Notes under the pieces: generated by a model
Database searches by the model: none
Seen by the model: the letters and a program-made list of their open reading frames with translations, nothing else
What the model was told of the DNA's origin: nothing
Translations under genes and position numbers: made by a program
Shown: positions 28,969 to 38,897 of the stretch, piece by piece
How the letters are laid out: every line of letters begins with the position of its first letter
Position numbering within the stretch: position 1 is the first letter of the stretch
From: Candidatus Neomicrothrix parvicella RN1
GTDB taxonomy: Bacteria > Actinomycetota > Acidimicrobiia > Acidimicrobiales > VFJN01
NCBI GenBank assembly: GCA_945898515.1
Contig: CAMDIH010000002.1
Location: forward strand, 6,603 to 70,602
DNA: 64,000 nucleotides
Reading direction: 5' to 3'

Positions 28969-29223
28969 TTACTCGACGAGAAGAATGTCGACGAGTTTGC
29001 GGCCCTTCCGGCGGCCGAACTTCACCTTGCCATCAGCCATGGCAAACAGGGTGTCGTCGCCACCCTTACCCACGTTCTCGCCGGGGTGAAACTTCGTTCC
29101 ACGCTGGCGCACGATGATCGTGCCCGCGGTTACCGCAGTGCCGTCGTAACACTTGACGCCGAGGCGCTGTGCGTTCGAATCGCGCCCGTTCCGGGTGGAA
29201 CCGCCGCCTTTGGTCTTAGACAT
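28969..29223 (-). CDS. rpmA: 50S ribosomal protein L27
   Basis: '[52 protein letters not shown]'. ATG at 29223 inside the longer ORF 28969..29523. Confidence 0.96.
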   Translation of the reverse strand: MSKTKGGGSTRNGRDSNAQRLGVKCYDGTAVTAGTIIVRQRGTKFHPGENVGKGGDDTLFAMADGKVKFGRRKGRKLVDILLVE

Positions 29224-29233
29224 CTGGTGCTCC

Positions 29234-29545
29234 TCAGCCCGTAGAGATGCCGGTGATCTCGACGGCGTCGTAGTGCTGGCGATGACCCCAACGCTTGCGC
29301 TGGTTGCTCTTGTTCTTGTACTTGAATCCCGTGATCTTGGGACCCTTAGCTTCGCCCACCACCCTGGCGGTGACCGATGCACCGGCCAACTCACTGGGCG
29401 TGGCGAGAACCGTGTCGCCGTCGACGACCAACACGGGAGTGAGAATGAGGTCGTCGCCCACTTCCTTGCCCAGTTTCTCGACATTGAGGACTTGGCCAGC
29501 CTCGACCCTCTCCTGCTTGCCACCGGTCTTGATCACTGCGTACAT
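29234..29545 (-). CDS. rplU: 50S ribosomal protein L21
   Basis: '[25 protein letters not shown]'. Confidence 0.96.
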   Translation of the reverse strand: MYAVIKTGGKQERVEAGQVLNVEKLGKEVGDDLILTPVLVVDGDTVLATPSELAGASVTARVVGEAKGPKITGFKYKNKSNQRKRWGHRQHYDAVEITGISTG

Positions 29546-29599
29546 GCGACTTCTTCCTTGCGTGGGACCCTGGAGCCTACCGCGGGAGCCACCAAACGC

Positions 29600-31516
29600 T
29601 CAATCCGGGGGAAGAAGTTGGGGGTCGATCACCAAACCGCGCCCATCGCAGTGCGGGCAGTGACCCGCAAATGACTCCAGCAGACCCTCCCCGATCCGCT
29701 TTCTCGTCATCTCGCAGAGCCCCAGGTCCGAGATTTCAAACACCTGGGTGCGGGTCTTATCCCGCGCCAACGCCTCCCGGAACACCCGGATCACTTGGCT
29801 GCGGTTGGGGCGGATCTCCATGTCGATGAAATCCACCACGATGATTCCTCCCACGTCCCGCAGCCGCAACTGACGGGCGATCTCCTCGGCCGCCTCGAGG
29901 TTGTTGCGGAACACCGTTTCCTCAAGATTCGAGGTGCCCACATTCTTTCCTGTATTTACATCGATCACGGTGAGGGCCTCGGTGTGCTCGATGATCAGTG
30001 ACCCTCCCGACGGAAGCCACACCTTGCGATCCAGAGCCTTGTGTAACTGTTCATGAATCTGAAAACGCTCGTACAGCGGAAGCGCCTCCACCTCCGTATC
30101 GAAATACTCAACCCGGTCAGCCACCTCGGGACTGATCGATCCCACGTAGTCACGTACAGACTCGTAGAGCGCCCTGTCATCGATCACCACCCCGCGGTAA
30201 TCATTGGTGAATTCCTCCCGAATAACCCGCAAGGCCATATCGGGTTCGCGGTACAGCAAGGCCGGGGCCTGGCTTCGTTTCGCCAGCGCGGCGATCTGGT
30301 TCCACTGGTCAACCAGCCGAAGAACGTCCTGTTCAACCTCCTGATCGGTCACACCCTCTGCGGCCGTTCGCACAATCACTCCGTGCTCCGCCGGCTTTAC
30401 CCGGTCCAGGATCGCACGCAAACGCTTGCGCTCGTTATCCGACACTCGCTTCGAAATGCCGTAGGTGGAACTGTTGGGGATCAGCACCACGAAGCGGCCG
30501 GGAAGGGAAACCTCCTGGGTGAGACGCGCCCCCTTTGCTCCAATCGGGTTCTTCGTGACCTGGCAAATGATCGTCTGCTTGGCCTTCAGCATCTGCTCGA
30601 TGCGCATGTTGTTGCTCTTCCGCGCTTTGCCGCCCTCTACCTCGTCGGCATCAACCTGCACGTCGCCTCGATACAACACCGCGTTTTTGGGCGTGGCGAT
30701 ATCTACGAAGGCTGCCTCCATGCCTGGGAGCACAGTCTGCACTTTGCCCAGATAAATGTTCCCGTGTATCTGGCCAATGTCATCGGCCGGACGAGACACG
30801 TAGTGCTCGATGAGGTTCCGTCCCTCCAGCACCGAGATCTGCGTAGCTGCCTCAGCTACATGCACACACATGAGGTACCGCCCGACCGGACGACCATTAC
30901 GCTCTCGGCCGCGGCGAGCTTCAAGGATGTCATCGCCGAGGTGGATGCCGCCGGTGGGCAGCACCGCCTCGATCGGTGAACCACCCCGCCCACCGCCGCG
31001 GTTACCGCCGCCGCCCTGGCCTGAGCGGGCCCGGTTGGCCTCTCCCCCGCTTGGCCGACCACCACCGGCAGCACCGCCAGCACCACGGCCACGACCCCCA
31101 CGACGACGCTTCCGCTTCGGGGTATCCGCCCCAGCAGGAGCCGGAGCGGGGGCCCCCGGCAACGGTCGCGAATCACCGATCTGCGGTTTACGCACCTCGG
31201 CGGAGTCGCCCTCCTGACGGCGCACCAACGAGGCGTCAGCCGCTTCCGGGGAACTGGGACGTCCCTCGTGAGGCAAATCAGGTAGTTCGGGGTTCAGATG
31301 ATCATCGCTGGCTACCGCATCATCAGGGCTCGACCGCGTGCGGCTGCGTCCCCCCCGCGAGCCACGGCGTCGCGGGCTGCCCGGCGAGGATGTATCCCCA
31401 CCACTCGCTCGAACATCTCCCGACGAGGAGCGATCAGGCGGAGGAGAGACGGCGGGCGGGCGACCAGGATCCGACGGCGTAGTGCCGCCGGAGTTGCCGG
31501 TGGGGAGATCGGTCAT
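29600..31516 (-). CDS. rne: ribonuclease E/G family endoribonuclease
   Basis: Arg/Gly/Pro-rich disordered N-terminus of about 200 aa, then an S1 domain plus catalytic core ('IVVDFIDM', 'CPHCDGRG' Zn-link). Confidence 0.9.
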   Translation of the reverse strand: MTDLPTGNSGGTTPSDPGRPPAVSPPPDRSSSGDVRASGGDTSSPGSPRRRGSRGGRSRTRSSPDDAVASDDHLNPELPDLPHEGRPSSPEAADASLVRRQEGDSAEVRKPQIGDSRPLPGAPAPAPAGADTPKRKRRRGGRGRGAGGAAGGGRPSGGEANRARSGQGGGGNRGGGRGGSPIEAVLPTGGIHLGDDILEARRGRERNGRPVGRYLMCVHVAEAATQISVLEGRNLIEHYVSRPADDIGQIHGNIYLGKVQTVLPGMEAAFVDIATPKNAVLYRGDVQVDADEVEGGKARKSNNMRIEQMLKAKQTIICQVTKNPIGAKGARLTQEVSLPGRFVVLIPNSSTYGISKRVSDNERKRLRAILDRVKPAEHGVIVRTAAEGVTDQEVEQDVLRLVDQWNQIAALAKRSQAPALLYREPDMALRVIREEFTNDYRGVVIDDRALYESVRDYVGSISPEVADRVEYFDTEVEALPLYERFQIHEQLHKALDRKVWLPSGGSLIIEHTEALTVIDVNTGKNVGTSNLEETVFRNNLEAAEEIARQLRLRDVGGIIVVDFIDMEIRPNRSQVIRVFREALARDKTRTQVFEISDLGLCEMTRKRIGEGLLESFAGHCPHCDGRGLVIDPQLLPPD

Positions 31517-31534
31517 CGGGGGAATCCCTTCTTG

Positions 31535-32245
31535 TCACGCACGCGCTCCCGCGTGCGGGGTCGGCGTCGCGCCGCGCGAACTGAGGTCCCCGAGGGGGAT
31601 CGGTTCGCGGCGGGCGCCGTCGACCAGCGTCCATTGGTGAGTACGTAACACTCGGCCATCGCCCCAGTTGGGATCGATAGCTCGAAGAAGTTCGGCGGGG
31701 CGAAGGCTGCGCGGCTGGGAAGCCAACTCCGCCTCCAGCACCACATCATCTTGGGTGAGAGCCAGAATGGCGGGCCGCGCGTCCAGGGTAATTTTGTTGC
31801 CCTTCCGCTCCACCACAATCGGCAACTCGTCGGCCCCCAGTACCCTCTCGAGGCCTTCGGTCAGCTCATCGACCGGGACATCGGCAAGGGTGATACGCCA
31901 GGTCGAACTGATAACGGCCTGCTGGAGGGAAGGGATGCCCGGCTCGATGGCACAAGCGATCTGGGCCACCATGCCGTCAGGTAGGGACGGATTCACGATC
32001 CCCGGCAGTTCCAGCGGATCAACATCCCGCGCAAGGTCGATGTCGAGGTACTCCCCCAGGCTCTCGTGCCCGGTCGACAACGCCAGTCCGAAACTCAGCC
32101 GCGGCCGGGGGGAGAATCCCTCGCTATAGGCCACCTGCACCCCTGATCGGCGCAGACTCCGCTCCCAGATGCGGGCCAAGTCGCGATGGGACAGGAAGCG
32201 GATTTTTCCAAGTTTCGTGAACCGAACCCGCTGTTGGATCTTCAC
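31535..32245 (-). CDS. radical-SAM-associated protein (TIGR03936/DUF2344-like)
   Basis: 'RVRFTKLGKIRFLSHRDLARIWERSLRRSGVQVAYSEGFSPRPRLSFGLALSTGHES'. The GTG at 32245 forms a GTGA overlap with the upstream radical SAM gene. Confidence 0.72.
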   Translation of the reverse strand: MKIQQRVRFTKLGKIRFLSHRDLARIWERSLRRSGVQVAYSEGFSPRPRLSFGLALSTGHESLGEYLDIDLARDVDPLELPGIVNPSLPDGMVAQIACAIEPGIPSLQQAVISSTWRITLADVPVDELTEGLERVLGADELPIVVERKGNKITLDARPAILALTQDDVVLEAELASQPRSLRPAELLRAIDPNWGDGRVLRTHQWTLVDGARREPIPLGDLSSRGATPTPHAGARA

Positions 32246-34197
32246 ACCGGAACCTGACTCGATTTTCGGGCTCCCAAGACCACGGGAACCTCGGTACCCC
32301 ACAACAGGTTCTGGCCGGTGCCCTGGCTTCCCCCGGCGGGCGGGACCGCGGAGGCCACCACGTGCTCAATGCTGTAACCGGTACAGGCACCGCAGTCGTA
32401 GCAAGGTGTCCAGCGGCAGTCCTCCAGCCCCAGTTCATCCAGGGAATCACGCCAGTCCTGCCACAGGAAATCCTTGTGCAATCCCGCTGAAAGGTGATCC
32501 CACGGGAGCACCTCGTGCTCGGTGCGATGGCGATGGCAATACCAATCCATGTCGAGGCCATGGGCCTCCATGGCGGCTTCCCACAGATCCAGTCGGAAGT
32601 GCTCGCTCCACTCCTGGAACGTTCCCCCTGCCCTCCACACGTGCTCGATCACCGGGCCCAAACGCCGATCCCCGCGACTCATCAAGCCCTCCACAAGGCT
32701 GGCTCGAGTGTCGTGCCACTTCAACTGCACACCCTTGGCATGGCGGGCCGCATCTCGCAGAAGGTTGACCTTGCGGCGCAATTCCTCCTCGGTGTTCATA
32801 CCGAACCATTGGAACGGGGTGAACGCCTTCGGCACGAACCCACCGACGCTCACCGTAACGGAGCCGTTGTGCCCCTTCTCCTTAGCCAACTGCAGGCAAC
32901 GGCTCGCCAACTCGACGATGCCCAGCGTGTCCTCGTCGGTCTCGGTGGGCAGGCCCACAAGGAAGTAGAGCTTCACCCGGCGCCAACCCTGACTAAAGGC
33001 TGAATCCACGGCGGCGTAGAGGTCTTCCTCCGTAATCAACTTGTTGATCACCTGCCGCATCCGCCATGAACCCGCCTCGGGGGCAAAAGTGAGGCCAGTG
33101 CGGCGCGCCTTTTGGATCTGGGCCGCCACCCCTACGGTGAAGGCATCCACCCGCAGACTCGGCAGGCTCACCGAAACGTTCCCGCAGCCCACCGAATCAT
33201 CCATGGCCGACATCACTACATCTTCGATACCAGAGAAATCGGCAGTGGAAAGGCTGGTAAGGGCCACCTCGTCGTAGCCCGTGCGACGAATGCCCTGCTG
33301 CACCATCTCACGCACCTGATCGGCGGGGCGCTCCCGGACGGGGCGCGTAATCATCCCGGCCTGACAGAACCGGCAACCCCGGGTGCACCCCCGGAAGACC
33401 TCCACGTTGAGGCGGTCGTGCACTACCTCGGTGAGGGGCACGATCTGTTGCTTCGGATACGGCCACTCGCCGAGATCGGCAATCGTGCGCTTCTCCACCA
33501 CGGCCGGAGCCGCCGCATCGATCGGGGCCGTGACCTCCAGGCATCCGTCGGGCAGGTAGCGCGGCTCATACAGGGCCGGGACGTACACACCCTCAATCCC
33601 AGCGAGCGCACGGAGCACATCAATACGGGCCGTCCGGCCACCGCTGATCCATGCCGCCACGGCGGCGTTGATCTCGCCCACCACCTCCTCACCATCACCC
33701 AACACCACAAAATCGAGGAAATCGGCCAGCGGCTCAGGGTTATAGGTGGCGTGGCCACCGGCCCCGATGAGCGGATGCACAGCCCGTCGTTCCCGCGACC
33801 GCACCGGTACCCCGGCCAGGTCGATGCAGTTGAGTACGTTCGTATACACCAATTCGGCCGACAAATTGAAGGCAAGCACGTCGAACTCGTCGGCGCTGCG
33901 GTGGGTATCCACCGAAAACAGGGGAATGTTCTCCCGCCGTAACACCTCCTCGAGATCGGTCCAGGGGGCATAGGTCCGCTCGGCACGGGCATCGGGACGC
34001 TCGTTGAGAATCTCGTAGAGGATCTGCAGGCCTTGGTTGGGCAGCCCGATCTCGTAGGTGTCGGGGTACACCAGCAGCCACCCGACCCGGTGCGGGGAGG
34101 GGGGTGGAACCTCAGCACAGAGCTCGCAGCCGATGTAACGCGCCGGCTTCTGGACCGAGGCGAGGTGCGGCTCAAGACGAGCCCAGACGTCGACCAT
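32242..34197 (-). CDS. B12-binding-domain radical SAM protein (TIGR03960-like)
   Basis: 'FRGCTRGCRFCQAG' CxxxCxxC radical SAM cluster motif; N-terminus 'LEPHLASVQKPARYIGCE'. ATG at 34197 (the ORF extends to 34344). Confidence 0.8.
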   Translation of the reverse strand: MVDVWARLEPHLASVQKPARYIGCELCAEVPPPSPHRVGWLLVYPDTYEIGLPNQGLQILYEILNERPDARAERTYAPWTDLEEVLRRENIPLFSVDTHRSADEFDVLAFNLSAELVYTNVLNCIDLAGVPVRSRERRAVHPLIGAGGHATYNPEPLADFLDFVVLGDGEEVVGEINAAVAAWISGGRTARIDVLRALAGIEGVYVPALYEPRYLPDGCLEVTAPIDAAAPAVVEKRTIADLGEWPYPKQQIVPLTEVVHDRLNVEVFRGCTRGCRFCQAGMITRPVRERPADQVREMVQQGIRRTGYDEVALTSLSTADFSGIEDVVMSAMDDSVGCGNVSVSLPSLRVDAFTVGVAAQIQKARRTGLTFAPEAGSWRMRQVINKLITEEDLYAAVDSAFSQGWRRVKLYFLVGLPTETDEDTLGIVELASRCLQLAKEKGHNGSVTVSVGGFVPKAFTPFQWFGMNTEEELRRKVNLLRDAARHAKGVQLKWHDTRASLVEGLMSRGDRRLGPVIEHVWRAGGTFQEWSEHFRLDLWEAAMEAHGLDMDWYCHRHRTEHEVLPWDHLSAGLHKDFLWQDWRDSLDELGLEDCRWTPCYDCGACTGYSIEHVVASAVPPAGGSQGTGQNLLWGTEVPVVLGARKSSQVPV

Positions 34198-34344
34198 GGT
34201 GCGCCCGAGGCTACCGGACCACCCCCGCCGAGCCGACATCCAGCCCCAGGATGTTCGAAGCACCCGCCGTCGCCCCCCAACGGCCCCTGCCCCAGCCCCG
34301 CCACCACCCAGGGTCAGCGCCCCAAACCCGGCGGGCGGAGGCAA

Positions 34345-35523
34345 TCAGTTGAAGCGCCGCATGTGCACGTTCATGACGAGACCCATCGCGATGAAGGCGG
34401 TGAGGGTGCTCGATCCGCCGTAGCTCATGAACGGCAGCGGGATACCGGTGACGGGCATGATCCCCATCGTCATCCCCACGTTCTCGAACACCTGGAAGAC
34501 GAACATCGAGAGCACACCGACGCAGATCAGGGTGCCGAGGGGATCACGCGCCAACTGGGCCGACCGCCAGATGCGCCAGGCCATCACCCCAAGCAGGGCC
34601 AGCAGGGTGCCCGAGCCGGCAAAACCCAACTCCTCCCCCACCGCTGTGAAGATGAAGTCGGTGTGCTGTTCGGGCACAATGCCCAAACGCGTCTGGGTTC
34701 CCTGGCCGAGACCGGCGCCCAGCCAGCCGCCCGACCCGATCGCCACTTCGGCTTGGTCCTGGTTGTACGACGCGTCGCGCTCGGCACACACCCGGCTCTC
34801 TGTCTCCAGAAACGAAGTGAAACGGCACTTCTGATACTCCTGGAGCATCCCCGAGTTCAGCACGACGGCCACGCCTGCGATGCCCAACAGCGTGAGCGCA
34901 GCAATGTGCCGGGTCTGCACACCGCCAATCAGGAGCATCCCCATCGTGATGGCCACAAATACCAGGGCCGTTCCGAGGTCGGGTTGCAACATGATCAAGG
35001 CCATTGGCAGGCCCGGGACCGCCAACACCATGACCAATCGTTGAACATTCAACTCATGTTTGAACTGCTCCAGCAGCGAAGCCAGCATCACGATCACGAC
35101 GATCTTGGCCGGCTCGGAGGGTTGCAACTGGAACGGCCCGAGTTGGAACCATGCCTGCGTGCCCTTGCTCTCGCTTCCCAAACCCGAGACGACCAGCAAC
35201 AACAACAGCGACACCACGCCATAGGCCACCGGCGCCCATTCCCGATAGCGGCGGTAGTCCACCGAGGCCACCACCGCCATCAGCACAATCCCGATGCCTA
35301 TGAACAGCACCTGCTTCGCCACGAACGCGGTGTCGAAGGCGGCAGGGTCGCTTCCCCGCGTGGAACTGAACACCATGAGACAACCCAGAACACACACGGC
35401 CAGCACACAACCCAGCAGCAATAAGTCGATGTGGCGCCAAGGAGCCGACGGGTTACGAGAGAGCCGACCGGCCGCCCCCGGGGCGACCTGATTGCGGGAC
35501 GAGAAGTTGGTGGGGGCGACCAT
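34345..35523 (-). CDS. rodA: rod shape-determining protein RodA (SEDS family)
   Basis: FtsW/RodA/SpoVE polytopic protein, e.g. 'HTDFIFTAVGEELGFAG' and 'PVTGIPLPFMSYGGSS'. Adjacent to mrdA. Confidence 0.9.
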   Translation of the reverse strand: MVAPTNFSSRNQVAPGAAGRLSRNPSAPWRHIDLLLLGCVLAVCVLGCLMVFSSTRGSDPAAFDTAFVAKQVLFIGIGIVLMAVVASVDYRRYREWAPVAYGVVSLLLLLVVSGLGSESKGTQAWFQLGPFQLQPSEPAKIVVIVMLASLLEQFKHELNVQRLVMVLAVPGLPMALIMLQPDLGTALVFVAITMGMLLIGGVQTRHIAALTLLGIAGVAVVLNSGMLQEYQKCRFTSFLETESRVCAERDASYNQDQAEVAIGSGGWLGAGLGQGTQTRLGIVPEQHTDFIFTAVGEELGFAGSGTLLALLGVMAWRIWRSAQLARDPLGTLICVGVLSMFVFQVFENVGMTMGIMPVTGIPLPFMSYGGSSTLTAFIAMGLVMNVHMRRFN

Positions 35524-37523
35524 CAGTCGCGCACGTCACCCGGTTCGGGAGCCAGCGTCGCCAGATCATCGAGTTTGCCGCCCGGGGGAGCTGGAACCAG
35601 CGGAATGGCGCCGGACAGCACGTCGTAGAGCCGACGCGCAATGGGCGCAGCGGTGGTGCCGCCATAGCCCGCCTCCTGGAGGAGCACCGACATTGCGTAC
35701 TGCGGATTGCCGGCGGGGGCGAAGGAACCGAACACCGCAGTGGGTGCTTTCTTGGTCCCCACCTGGGCCGTTCCCGTCTTCGCCGCCACCGGGTAGGCCG
35801 CCGAATCGAAGCCGCTGAAGGCGCCGCTGGCGGTGCCACCCTCACTGGTTGTCACTCCCAGCAGGCCATCAACGATGGCGGCGCGCCACTCAGGGAGCAG
35901 ATCCACCCGGCTCAACTCTTTCGGCTCAATCGTCTCGATGACTTCACCAGTGACGCCGTCCAGGATCTGCTTCACAACGTGCGGAGTCCACACGATCCCG
36001 CCGTTCCCGATGGCGGCGTAGGAATTGGCGATCTGCAGGGGGGTGAGCAGGACCGACCCCTGCCCCACCGCCATGTTCACGTTGTCACCCGTGCGCCAGG
36101 TGTCCTCGAGGCAGTCCACTTCCTCACAGAACTTGGTGAGCCACTGCGGGGAGGGAATCCGACCCGACTGTTCATAGGGCAGATCGATGCCGGTGTCTTT
36201 GTAGAAACCCCAGCGCTCCAGCAGGCTCCGGAACATTTCTGGGCCTCCCAGGACATCCTGTTCCCGCCAGAATCGCGCCCCCAGGCCGTAGTAGAAAACG
36301 TCGGAGGACACCGTGAGGGAACGACTCAGATTCACCGTGCCATAGGCCTTGCCGTTGTCGTTCCGGAAGGTGCAGGAGTCGCCGGAACAACCGGGCACAT
36401 CAAACGACCCGGTGTCGTTGATGGTGGTTTCGGGGGTGAGAATCCCTGCCGACAACCCAGCCGCCGCGGTGAAGGGTTTCAGGGTAGAACCCGGCGCATA
36501 CTGACCTTGGATGGCGTAGTTGTTCTGGGGCGCGAAGTTGGCCGGGTCGTCGAGGTAGGCAAACTCTGAGTCGCTGACCCCGTCGATGAAATCGGCTGGG
36601 TTGTACGTGGGATAGGAAGCCATCGCCACCACCCCGCCGGTGCGCGCATCGAGCACCACGGTCGAACCCACCTGGGCCACTACGGCACCCTTACATCCGG
36701 CACAGGAGCGGCCCTGGGCGAAGGCCAGGCCCGTCTTGAGCGCCTGCTCGGCCTGGGCCTGCACGTCGATGTTCAGGTTGAGGACCACATCGTCGCCAGG
36801 AATCGGTGCCTCGCCACCGATGTCACGAATCGGCTCGTTTTGGGCATCCACTTCGATCTCGCGAGTTCCCGGGGTTCCGCGCAGATACGCCTCGTACTGC
36901 AGTTCCAGGCCGGACTTCCCGATTTCGTCGTTCAGCGTGTAAGGCTTCTCGGAGTTCGCCATGCTCTCGAACTCGGTGTCGTTGATCTGGCCGGTGTAGC
37001 CGAGGACATGGGAAGCGAGGCTCCCGTAGGGGTATTGACGCACTGCGACACGCACCGCCGATACCCCCGGAAGTTCGGCGGCACGTTCATCCAACCAGAT
37101 CTTCAAATCCTCGGGTACGTCCCTCGCTACCGGCACCGGCACATAGGGGCTGTAGCGCTCGTTGGCCAGGTCGGTCTCGATGTCGGCCACCGTCTTCGCC
37201 TTCGAGGCACGAGAGAGCGCCTCGGCGAGAGCGGTGAGGACCCGCGCCCGTTGGTCCTCCTCCAGTTTGGCGAGCACGGTGCGGTCAATGGTGACCTGCA
37301 CCGAGATGGCATTGTCGACGAGTACTTTGCCCGTTACGTCGAGGATGCGGCCGCGTGGCGCCCCCACCGGCACCACCCGCACCCGGTTGGCCTGGGCCAC
37401 CACCTGGAACTCGTCGGTGACCATAACCTGGAGGTACCAGAGCCTGGCAAACAGCGATGCGAACAGAGCCACCACCACGATGCCCAGAAGCGACAGGCGC
37501 ATACCCGGAGTGTCTTTTTTCAT
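35523..37523 (-). CDS. mrdA: penicillin-binding protein 2 (class B transpeptidase)
   Basis: Transpeptidase motifs 'SxxK' (PGSTLKP) and 'KTGTA'. Position between mreD and rodA. Confidence 0.9.
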   Translation of the reverse strand: MKKDTPGMRLSLLGIVVVALFASLFARLWYLQVMVTDEFQVVAQANRVRVVPVGAPRGRILDVTGKVLVDNAISVQVTIDRTVLAKLEEDQRARVLTALAEALSRASKAKTVADIETDLANERYSPYVPVPVARDVPEDLKIWLDERAAELPGVSAVRVAVRQYPYGSLASHVLGYTGQINDTEFESMANSEKPYTLNDEIGKSGLELQYEAYLRGTPGTREIEVDAQNEPIRDIGGEAPIPGDDVVLNLNIDVQAQAEQALKTGLAFAQGRSCAGCKGAVVAQVGSTVVLDARTGGVVAMASYPTYNPADFIDGVSDSEFAYLDDPANFAPQNNYAIQGQYAPGSTLKPFTAAAGLSAGILTPETTINDTGSFDVPGCSGDSCTFRNDNGKAYGTVNLSRSLTVSSDVFYYGLGARFWREQDVLGGPEMFRSLLERWGFYKDTGIDLPYEQSGRIPSPQWLTKFCEEVDCLEDTWRTGDNVNMAVGQGSVLLTPLQIANSYAAIGNGGIVWTPHVVKQILDGVTGEVIETIEPKELSRVDLLPEWRAAIVDGLLGVTTSEGGTASGAFSGFDSAAYPVAAKTGTAQVGTKKAPTAVFGSFAPAGNPQYAMSVLLQEAGYGGTTAAPIARRLYDVLSGAIPLVPAPPGGKLDDLATLAPEPGDVRD

Positions 37524-38047
37524 CGGTACACCGACCGAACCCGCAGGCCCTCAGCCGGAGCGGTGGCCCATCGCATCACGGGCACCACGATCGGCGCAGC
37601 GATGGCATTCCAGAAGGCCACCACAAGGGCTACCTTCAGCAGCGAGAGCGACACAAGATCCTGCCCCACCATGGTGTCGAACACGCCATACACAATGACA
37701 CCGATCGCGCTCGCCGCGGCCGCGGTCACCACCGGGATCCACCAGGCCGCTCTGATGACCAAGGGCTGGAGGTGCCCCACGGCGTAGGCCATCAGGGCAA
37801 ATGTGAGGGCCGACAGGCCCAGAGGCGTCGACAAGCCCAGGTCGTAGATCAGACCCACCACAAAGCCGATGGTGGCCCCGCGCTGCGGACCGGCGGCCAT
37901 ACCCGCGGCAATCGCAATAAGCAGCATCAAATCGCCATGCACACCGAAGAGTTCGACACGAGGGGCGATGGCCAACTGGAACGTAAGGGCGATGACCATG
38001 ACCAGCGACAGGCGCGCCGCCACCAGAAAGGAATCGGAGGGTGTCAT
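37520..38047 (-). CDS. mreD: rod shape-determining protein MreD
   Basis: Small polytopic membrane protein between mreC and mrdA, with overlapping stops and starts. Confidence 0.72.
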   Translation of the reverse strand: MTPSDSFLVAARLSLVMVIALTFQLAIAPRVELFGVHGDLMLLIAIAAGMAAGPQRGATIGFVVGLIYDLGLSTPLGLSALTFALMAYAVGHLQPLVIRAAWWIPVVTAAAASAIGVIVYGVFDTMVGQDLVSLSLLKVALVVAFWNAIAAPIVVPVMRWATAPAEGLRVRSVYR

Positions 38048-38883
38048 GAGCCGCCCGTCCAGAGCAACACCGTTACGAAGGCCAACTTCTCGGTATCGGC
38101 TAGGGGGCGGACCACCAGGTTGAGGGTGAGGCCACCACCGACCTCCTTGGTCTCCTTCAACCTGGCCACCGGGATGTTCTCCGGGAACACACTCTCGTCG
38201 ATGCCGCTGGTGGTCATGGCGGCGCCAACTTCGGGGATATCCGCTCCGCCGGGAGCCAGACGGGTGTCCACGATGAGGTCCTTGCCCCGGCCCTGGCCGC
38301 GGGCGGTACCGGTAACCCCATTCAGGAAGCGGACACCCACGGCAAACTCGGGGTCGGTGATGAGTTGCACCGTGGCCCGATTGGCGTTGACCTGTACCAC
38401 CTTGCCCACTAGCCCTGCGCCGTTCACCACGGGCATCCCCACCTTGATGCCATCACGCGAGCCCTTGCTGATGTCGATCGTTTCAGCGAAGTTCGAGACC
38501 GGCCCGGCCACCACGCGCGCCCTTACCGACTCGATGGCGCCGATCCACTCGAGATCCAGTTGCGCCGTGAGTTCGAGCATCTGCTGGGCGGCGGCGGCGT
38601 TGAGTACGTCCTGCCCCTCCAGCTGCGCCACGCGCTCACGGAGGCGGTCGTTCTCACTCTTGACCTCCCCAAAGTCGGTGATGCCCCGCCAGGCGTTGGC
38701 GAAGGGCGCGCCCACGCTCTCCCCCACCCCCTTGAGTGGAGAAAACACCGATCCGGCGGCATCGCGAGCAGTGCGAACGAAGACGGAATCACGAAAGTCG
38801 AGCGTGAGCAACGTCAGGGAGGTGAGCACGAGCAGAGCCAGGATGAAGCGGGAACGAACCCCGCGGCGCCGGGAAACAGCCAC
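38044..38883 (-). CDS. mreC: rod shape-determining protein MreC
   Basis: N-terminal anchor, coiled coil 'ENDRLRERVAQLE', and beta-rich C-domain 'GMPVVNGAGLVGKVVQV'. Confidence 0.85.
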   Translation of the reverse strand: MAVSRRRGVRSRFILALLVLTSLTLLTLDFRDSVFVRTARDAAGSVFSPLKGVGESVGAPFANAWRGITDFGEVKSENDRLRERVAQLEGQDVLNAAAAQQMLELTAQLDLEWIGAIESVRARVVAGPVSNFAETIDISKGSRDGIKVGMPVVNGAGLVGKVVQVNANRATVQLITDPEFAVGVRFLNGVTGTARGQGRGKDLIVDTRLAPGGADIPEVGAAMTTSGIDESVFPENIPVARLKETKEVGGGLTLNLVVRPLADTEKLAFVTVLLWTGGS

Positions 38884-38897
38884 GAGCTAGGCGGAGG

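Noticed and set aside
28969-29523. 184-aa ORF containing L27 at its C-terminus
   Set aside because: The N-terminal 100 aa overlap rplU in another frame. The canonical L27 start 'MSKTKGGG' is the ATG at 29223.
34033-35424. 463-aa ORF antisense to rodA
   Set aside because: The translation is low-complexity and rich in His/Arg/Gln/Asp. The opposite strand encodes an unmistakable SEDS protein.
37457-38890. 477-aa ORF antisense to mreD/mreC
   Set aside because: It is a shadow ORF. The minus-strand genes are syntenic (mreB-mreC-mreD-mrdA-rodA) with overlapping stops and starts.
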